NCBI GenBank assembly: GCA_951406725.2
Contig: OX597823.1
Coordinates: 50,406,001-50,470,000, forward strand
Length of the DNA stretch: 64,000 nucleotides
DNA from: Octopus vulgaris
Lineage: Eukaryota
Direction of reading: 5' to 3'
The position numbers and the translations under genes were made by a program. The notes below the pieces were generated by a model. That model had not been told where the DNA came from. It made no database searches and was given only the letters and a program-made list of their open reading frames with translations. This document shows positions 56,420 to 64,000 of this stretch, piece after piece. The first letter of the stretch is position 1. Every line of letters begins with the position of its first letter.

Positions 56420-56899
56420 TATACACACACACATACACACGCACACACATATATAATATATGAAGAGAGAGAGAGAGAGAAATAGAAAGGGGGGTGAGAG
56501 AGAGGAGGGAAGAAAGAGACAGACAAATAGACAAACAAGGAGAAAAAGAGAGAGAAAAAGAGAGATTTGCGTGGCCTGCTAAATAGTTAATTAATCTTAT
56601 ACGGCTTCTGTAACACACCGCTAATGTAACATAGCATGTGTTGAAAGTATCAAGTTAATACTATAATCCAATAAACCTATCTTTATGATCGATTCATTCA
56701 AATTATCTTTCTGAGAAGTTATTCGTTTCATACATAAACTTGTCAGTGAATAATTTAGTATAACTAATCTGTTAATGTGGAAATTCTAATGAACATGAGT
56801 ATTGAATAGTTTGGACAATACAGTACCTCATGCATTAGTAGGAGTTCTAAATGTGTCGCAGACGACTTTGCATTTTATCCCTCCACGATTCGATAACTG

Positions 56900-57464
56900 G
56901 TACTCCGTCGGTTACGATGAGAAGGGTTCCTTCCAGCTGATCCGATCTACGGAACTGCCTACTCGTGAAATTAACGTGCAAATGGTACTACTTACGAAGA
57001 ATGGTCCAGGTGCGCGCACTCGCGTACTCACGCATTCGCGCTAGCTTGTCGTGACTAGTCGATCCTACAACGACTACCTAGCAAAGTAAATAAAACACAA
57101 ACTAAATATTTTTTTTCACACAAAATAAATAATTTTTTAAAAATAAAGTAAACAAAACACATAAAACACAAAGTAAGGATCGATTAGTCACGACTAGCTA
57201 GCGCGGATGCGCGAGTACGCGAGTGCGCGCACCGGGACCACTCTTCTTAAGTAGTACCGTATGTGATAAGCTTGGGCCTTTGAATTACAGTTACAACTCA
57301 TTTCTACCAGTTACAACTCATTTTGAGCAAAGTGAAATAAAGTGTTGACTGGAGCAACGTGAAATAATGAGTGTTGCTCAAGTACACAACGCGTTGTCCG
57401 GTATCGAACTTACGTTCTTAAGAACGCGAGTCGAATATCCTAACCATTTAGCCACGCGCCTTCC
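56900..57464 (-). mobile_element. SINE family C (head C + tail 2) interrupted by a MITE
   Basis: Homology to 57655-57975 on the opposite strand. Confidence 0.75.
56983..57259. mobile_element. CpG-rich MITE with ~85-bp TIRs
   Basis: ggtactactta.gaaga.tggtcc.ggtgcgcgcactcgcgtactc...gatcct and its inverse, with an A-rich spacer and TA at the right end. Confidence 0.88.
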
Positions 57465-57654
57465 AAGATTCGATAAAAGAGAGACAAATATAGTTAATCG
57501 CTGGCACTATTCTTATAGAAATAGTTAAACTGTTTTCCATAACTTCTCGGAAGCCGTGTGGCCTAGTGGATGCGGTATTGTTCAAAAGAGCGTGGTTTCG
57601 ATTCCAAGACCAGTGATGCGTTGTGTTATTGAGTAAAACACTTCATATCACGTG

Positions 57655-57985
57655 GTGAGGGCGCGTGGCTTAGTGGTTAGGGCATTCGGCTCATGATCGT
57701 AAGGTTGTGAGTTCGATTCCCGGCGACGCGTTGTGTCCTTGAGCAAGACACTTTATTTCACGTTGCTCCAGTCCACTCAGCTGGCATAAATGAGTTGTAC
57801 TTGTATTTCAAAGGGTCAGCCTTGTCACTCTCTGTGTCACGCTGATTATCCCCGAGAACTACGTTAAGGGTACACGTGTCTGTGGAATGCTCAGCCATTT
57901 GCACGTTAATTTCACGAGCAAGCTGTTCCGTTGATCGTATCAGCTGGGACCCTCGTCGTCGTAACCGGCGGAGTCTTTTTTTTTT
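57655..57985 (+). mobile_element. SINE family C (head C + tail 2)
   Basis: A box tggcttagtgg, B box gagttcgattcc, and a tail shared with 32780-32960. Confidence 0.9.
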
Positions 57986-58062
57986 CATATCACGTTCTTC
58001 TGCTTTTGAAGCGCCTTTGCCACTCGAAACATTGCATACGACCCATTGCCTCGTCGCCGTAA

Positions 58063-58375
58063 ACTTTTCTACTCTAGGCACAAGGATCGAAATTTTGTAG
58101 GGAGCGGAATTTTAACTCAGAACGTAACGGCAGACGAAATACCTATTTCTTTATTACCCACAAGGGGCTAAACATAGAGGGGACAAACAAGGACAGACAT
58201 AGGTATTAAGTCAAATACATCGACCCCAGTGTGTAACTGGTACTTATTTAATCGATCCCGAAAGGATGAAAGGCAAAGTCGATCTCGGCGGAATTTGAAC
58301 TCACAATGTTACGGCAGACGAAATACCGCTAAGCATTTCGCCCGGCGTGCTAACGTTTCTGCCACCTCGCCGCCT
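58063..58375 (-). mobile_element. SINE family B dimer
   Basis: Junction at about 58143. Confidence 0.88.
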
Positions 58376-58647
58376 CGTCGCCGTATACTTGTCGAAGCAT
58401 GTTCGATGTAAATGGGTAACACTGCAACGGACCTGTAGCCCGTTCAGAGGAAGTGTTAGCCTGCACTACCTAGCCAATATAGTAGCATCATTCCAAAGCT
58501 GCAACAATACACAGAAGCGCATTGTGACCAGCGATGTATAACAACATCCGACAGTTTGGTCAATACAGTGACACAGTAACATAACTTCCCATTTCCAGTG
58601 CCTGCTTGCACTGCTGAAAGAAACCGAAGCTCATTAATAGTGTGACT

Positions 58648-58949
58648 TGTTTGTTCCTTCTCGAGCCACGCTTGGCTCATGGGGCCGGTTTCCGGGTTTC
58701 CTTGGCGTATAGGTTCCCCACCTGGACGGGACGCCGGTCCGTCGCAGGTGAACTGCAAGATGCAGGAGGGAAGAGTGAGAGAAAGTTGTGGCGAAAGAGT
58801 CAGCAGAAGTTCGCCTTTACCTTCTACCGGAGCCGCGTGGAGCTTAGGTGTTTTGCTCATAAACACACACATCACCCGGTCTGAGATTCGAACCCGCGAT
58901 CCCTCGACCGCGAGTCCGCTGCTCTAACCACTAGGCCATGTGCCACCAC
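58648..58949 (-). mobile_element. SINE family D (head D + tail 1)
   Basis: 12-bp TSD aatagtgtgact / aataatgtgact. Confidence 0.88.
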
Positions 58950-59094
58950 AATAATGTGACTAATGTTAATGAATTCCATACTTTGGTTTCGGTTCTAGAT
59001 TGAAAATATTTAATGCTTAGTTGCTCTTGAAAACGTCAAACACGTTTCAACTTGCCATTTCCAAAATTTTGAAATGTGTATAAGGTAAAGTTTT

Positions 59095-59313
59095 CTTCTT
59101 GTGTCATGCCGACTCATAAGGGCGAGTTTCCCGGTTTCTATGGCGTATATATTCTTCACCTGGACGGGAGTCCAGTTCATCGCAGGATTTCTCACTTTTG
59201 CCAGCTGAGTGGACTGGAGCAACGCGAAACGAAATGTTTTGCTCAAGAGCATAACGCGTCGTTCGGTCCAGGAATAGAAACGACAATATAACCATTAAGC
59301 CACACGCCTCCAC
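59095..59313 (-). mobile_element. SINE family C (head C + tail 1)
   Basis: Homology to 24635-24944. Confidence 0.8.
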
Positions 59314-59714
59314 AATCTTTCTGTGTAATCCAAAGCAATCAATTGCAAGACTGTGGCGAATAGTTTTGTTACCGATGTTTGTTGTTTAGCCGTAGGTCAA
59401 ATCTGATCATGCAGAACTATGATCAAAAGCGTTACTGTCGCGATCATACTGTTTTTTGTTTTTAAATTCAAACATACAATGACTAGTCCTATATTATCCA
59501 GTGTATTCTTCGTTACCTTAAGACAGTATACTACGATTTAATAGAGCTTTGAGGTGCTATTTTTAGCTGGTCAAGCTACCACATAGAAGCTGCACAGTTT
59601 GACTTTCAGTGCTTCGTGATACGCTGTTAGAAAATTGAATTAGTTCACGTTCTTTCGAAAGTTCATAAATTTCTATGACGTCACTGATATACATGTATAT
59701 ATATATATATACAG

Positions 59715-59834
<120 letters not shown>

Positions 59835-60166
59835 TATCATTGAAATTATGATTATATTAATATAAGGATTTATTTAGATAATTCTCATAAGTTTTCGTTA
59901 TAGATATTTGAAATATATTAAAAAAAAAAATATGTATTATTTCTTCGACAATTGAAATCTAAATAAATTTTGAAAAAAGAGAAAACTGGTGCATTCATTG
60001 TTACAAATCGAAGAACATAGACTGTTCTGTCGATGTAAAAAAAAAACAAAAAAAAAACGAAAAGATAAATTGGAAACCATGATAAAGGCCCAAAGTAAAA
60101 TATGAGAGATGAAGAATGCATAATAGATCATTTTACACACACAAACACACACACACACGCTTATAC

Positions 60167-60271
<105 letters not shown>

Positions 60272-60380
60272 CGTCCGTCCGTCTGTCGGCCTGCCTGCCT
60301 GCCTGCCTGTCTGTCTGTCTGTCTGTCTACTACAAAAACTCCGTGTTTGTTTGCTTGCTTGTTTGCGTGCGTGTTTGTAC

Positions 60381-61050
60381 AGTAAATATTTATATTTTAG
60401 CTTTCTTTAAACAGACTATATTTTAATTTTTTAAAAAATCATTTTCAAGTGAATATGATTAAAAAATATTTTCGGCATATTTAAGAAATATTTTAATGTG
60501 AAAATGACTTAAAAAATACGAATTGTTCGTAGAGTAAATATTTATATTTAGCTTTCTTTAAACAGACAATATTTTAATTTTTTAAAAAATTATTTTCAAG
60601 TGAATATGATTAAAAAATATTTTCGGCATATTTAAAAAATATTTTAATGTGAAAATGACTTAAAAAATACGAATTATTTGTAGAGTAAATATTTATATTT
60701 AGCTTTCTTTAAACATACTATATTTTAATTTTTAAAAAAATTATTTTCAAGTGAATATGATTAAAAAATATTTTCGGCATATTTAAGAAATATTTTAATG
60801 TGAAAATGACTTAAAAAATACGAATTATTTGTAGAGTAAATATTTATATTTAGCTTTCTTTAAACAGACAATATTTTAATTTTTTAATTATTTTCAAGTG
60901 AATATGATTAAAAAATATTTTCGGCATATTTAAGAAATATTTTAATGTGAAAATGACTTAAAAAATACGAATTATTTGTAGAGTAAATATCTATATTTAG
61001 CCTTCTTTAAACAGACGATATTTTAATTATTTAAAAATATTTTAAAGTGA
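60381..61050. repeat. ~151-bp AT-rich tandem repeat, about 4.5 units, inside the Helitron
   Basis: Units start at 60381, 60533, 60684, 60835 and 60982. Confidence 0.95.
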
Positions 61051-61122
61051 TGATTTATAAAAAAAAATTTTTAGATAATAGGAATTTTTGCGAAGGAGAA
61101 TACGATTTTCTATTCTTAGATC

Positions 61123-61657
61123 ATGCCTCGACAAGCAAGAAAGAAAAGATCTGGTTGGTCAATAGATAGGAAGAAGAGTGCGTGGCTAATGAGAGCCGAA
61201 GAGGGTGATCAAGATAGTAGTGAACACCAACAGGATGAGGACAAGCATGCGAATAGAAGGATCGATGAGAATGATAAAGGAAAGGCTGAGCGTCTGGCGG
61301 AAAAGAGGGAAAGAGACAGAATCAGGAGAGATCATGAATCGGATGCTTGGAGAGCTGAGCGTCTGGCAGAACAGATGTAAAGAGACAGAAGCAGGAGAGA
61401 TCAGGAATCAAACGCTCATCCCTTAGCAGCGAAAGCAATTCCCAGTTCAAGCGTGCTTTGCTATGACTATTCATAAAGCACAAAGACAAACTATGGAAAA
61501 CGACTTGATTTATCTAGAACGATCTGTATTCCAACACGGTCCACTCTATGTGGCCATTAGCCGCGGAAAACGAAAAGAAATTGTCAGAGTGTTTCTGAAG
61601 GACACCCAGTCAACTAAAAATGTTGTCATCAAAAGTATTCTTTTGAACAATCTGTAA
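61123..61657 (+). pseudogene. Helitron Rep/Helicase remnant (N-terminus fused to the PIF1-like helicase C-terminus)
   Basis: MPRQARKK...AERLAEKRERD..RAERLAEQ repeats, then QFPVQACFAMTIHKAQRQT...VFQHGPLYVAISR (PIF1 motifs V-VI). Confidence 0.88.
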
Positions 61658-62056
61658 CAGCGTAAATATGAGAAAATATTTATTCCGACTTCAGAAAATG
61701 AAAGGAAAAGGAAAAACTAAGACGCCTAAGAATAATTTCTTTCAATTTTTTTTTTTAAAATAAAACAAGTTTTCTTCAACTTTTCAACTTTTTAAGCTGA
61801 AAAATCTTTCAGAACAAGCAGTCGAACATCCATAGAGATACGGAAAAAGGAATTTTGAAGTGGAGTGATTGGACTGGACAGCTGTTAGTGAAAAATGGCT
61901 GAAAATACTTGTGAATAATACTGCGAAAATTGTTTCCACCAATTTTATGTTTGCGTTATATAACAATTCTTTTTGCATTTTTGTGGAAGTGTGCACATAT
62001 GCCTTAAAAATATACAAGAGTTCAAGTTTACCCCGGGTCACGAGTAGTCTAGTCTA

Positions 62057-62090
<34 letters not shown>

Positions 62091-62226
62091 TTTCGAATTT
62101 GTGTGAATGTGTACAGAATAATATATCAGTTGAATTAAATTAAAAAAAGGCTGGTTTTCACATTTTTTTATTATGGCATTTTAACAAAATTAGCGTTTTC
62201 ATACATAGTGTACTCACCATATTTCA

Positions 62227-62567
62227 AATATAAGAGAAGAAAAAATGGAGAATGGGAAGTTAATTGTTTATTATTAACAGCAAATTAATCATCATCCCTT
62301 ACACCCTGTTTCAATTAATACCCAAGAAATATTAAGTTTATATGACCTGAGCATAATATCTTCAGTCTGCTATAATGAATCCATAAACACATATCCAAGG
62401 GTATATCTTTTTCCCTCTGAAGGTATGCTCAGGTCATATAAATTTAATATTTACTTACTATTTGTCGAGTATTAAATGAAACAGCTGTAAGGGACGATGA
62501 TTAATATGCAGTTGATAATAAACTTTATTAACTTCCCAATCTCCATTTTCTTTTCTTCTTTTATATT
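62227..62567. mobile_element. Inverted PLE pseudo-LTR pair in (TA)n
   Basis: Arms 62227-62365 and 62417-62567 are diverged inverted copies. Confidence 0.8.
62412..62494 (+). ncRNA. Hammerhead ribozyme motif with long stem II and palindromic CAGCTG stem III
   Basis: tccct-CTGAAGG-tatgctc...gagtat-taaat-GAAA-CAGCTG-TA-aggga. The mirror arm retains canonical CTGAAGA. Confidence 0.6.
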
Positions 62568-62599
62568 CATATAAACTATATGTTTATATATATACATAT

Positions 62600-62739
<140 letters not shown>

Positions 62740-62939
62740 CTATTTTATGGAAATTAATTCCCCCAAAATACTAGGTATTGAACCAGTATTTCCTTGGATG
62801 AAACCCTCTCTACGTGAGATTAACATAACCTCTAATCGAAGTACACACACACACATACATTTGTATACACATACGCACTCATCTATGTATGTATATTTCT
62901 GAAAAAGGAATATCATGTGGTGCAACTTGCATACGACTT

Positions 62940-63510
62940 CAATGTAAAGATGTATTTTTAAGAACTTCCTTTCTCACAGGAAAACATTTCTCAAAATGCA
63001 ACACATTCCACTAGTTTTTTTTTTTTAAATAAGAATAGTATAAAAGTAGTCTTCATCAATGCGAAGAACATATCCAACATCGTAACCAGGCGGATTTGCA
63101 AGTATGCAACAGCTACAGCTACACCAACAAAGAGAAAACATACATGCAACTATTGCAGTATATAGCCTATTTTACCAAAGACAAATCCTCCGAATGATGC
63201 TCAAAATAACGTGCTCATGTTTTTCCCAACCACAGCATAACCTACTATGTATCTTTTACGAAAAACATATTCAAAAACTACCCTGCCACCGCCAAATGGA
63301 GAACATCACAGCACTCCCAAACACATTTGGAAATCGAAGGATGCTGGTTAAAGGAATATTAACGCATAAACAAGCATAGACAAAGCAATATCGTGCAGAA
63401 ACGGATCCCCATCAGCCGTTACACATCCAACGTACAAAACTTCATGAATCTAATTTTCATCACCAAATCTTACATCAGAGGTCAAACATGTACAGGGACG
63501 AATTTACCAT
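62940..63510 (+). pseudogene. Heavily decayed Penelope-like GIY-YIG endonuclease region
   Basis: Frameshifted translation gives YYVSFTKNIFK and TAL/KHIWKSKDAG, which resembles the YIG.T...FK and T.LSKHIW.LKD motifs of PLE endonucleases. Confidence 0.55.
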
Positions 63511-64000
63511 TTCTCCGTTCACTTTTCTGGTTCTTTTCTTATGCAAGTTTCCTTTCTTTCTTCCTTTTGCCCCTTTTCATTCTGTCGTCGTCACTTTTCG
63601 TATTTTTTTCACATTTTACTTTCACTTTCGTTCGTTACTGCTCATAATAAGAACTAATCCCACCTCTCTGTATGTATGTATATACATATGTGTGCGTAAG
63701 CGTATGTGTGCATATGTGTGTGTAAGTCTATGTGTGCATATAGTGTGTGTGTGTGTGTGTGTGTGATATGTATGTATGCGTATGTGTATATGTGTAATTT
63801 TAGCGGTGAAGTAATGTAAAAGAATATAAATATTAGATACTTCTCACATATATGCATATGCGCACACATACACGCACACTCATGCAAACATCCACACATT
63901 TTATGTACACATAGACATACACCACACACACACACACATACACACATATATATATATATGTATATACACTTACATGCATACATTCATACATACATATATG

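Larger units (their letters stand above)
60325..62058 (+). mobile_element. Internally deleted Helitron
   Basis: 5' TCTACTAC after (TCTA/TCTG)n, a Rep/Hel N-terminal charged repeat, a PIF1 helicase C-terminus, and a 3' CTAG followed by T. Confidence 0.8.

Noticed and set aside
60381-61050. CRISPR-like periodic array
   Set aside because: The units are contiguous with no unique spacers, there are no cas genes, and the context is eukaryotic.

Overview
AT-rich eukaryotic (animal) DNA, either intergenic or deep intronic. It is dominated by microsatellites ((TA)n, (TACA)n, (CA)n, (GA)n, (TCTA)n, (TTA)n) and by dense tRNA-derived SINEs of at least four families. This repeat landscape resembles an octopus (coleoid cephalopod) genome, which is an inference. 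No intact host gene is recognisable, and almost all ORF-track entries are translations of microsatellites or SINEs. The real coding remnants are all transposon-derived: an R4/Dong-like RT fragment (1-457, minus), a 5'-truncated Tx1/L1-clade LINE (34631-36089), mariner and DD37D (maT) transposase relics (49331-52812), an internally deleted Helitron carrying a ~151-bp satellite (60325-62058), and Penelope-like (PLE) GIY-YIG/C-terminal relics (38050-38190, 62940-63510). The most notable signal is a set of type I hammerhead-ribozyme motifs (CUGANGA...GAAA...UH with a very short or palindromic stem III). They sit in short non-coding PLE-LTR-like units embedded in (TA)n tracts, and several occur as inverted palindromes, the clearest being a near-perfect 188-bp palindrome at 21300-21487 with a hammerhead on each strand. 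Other points of interest are a SINE whose 3' tail matches the Tx1 LINE 3' end and forms multimers with a recurrent junction, head/tail module swapping among SINEs, and nested DNA transposons. All calls were made by eye. Boundaries of degenerate repeats are approximate.
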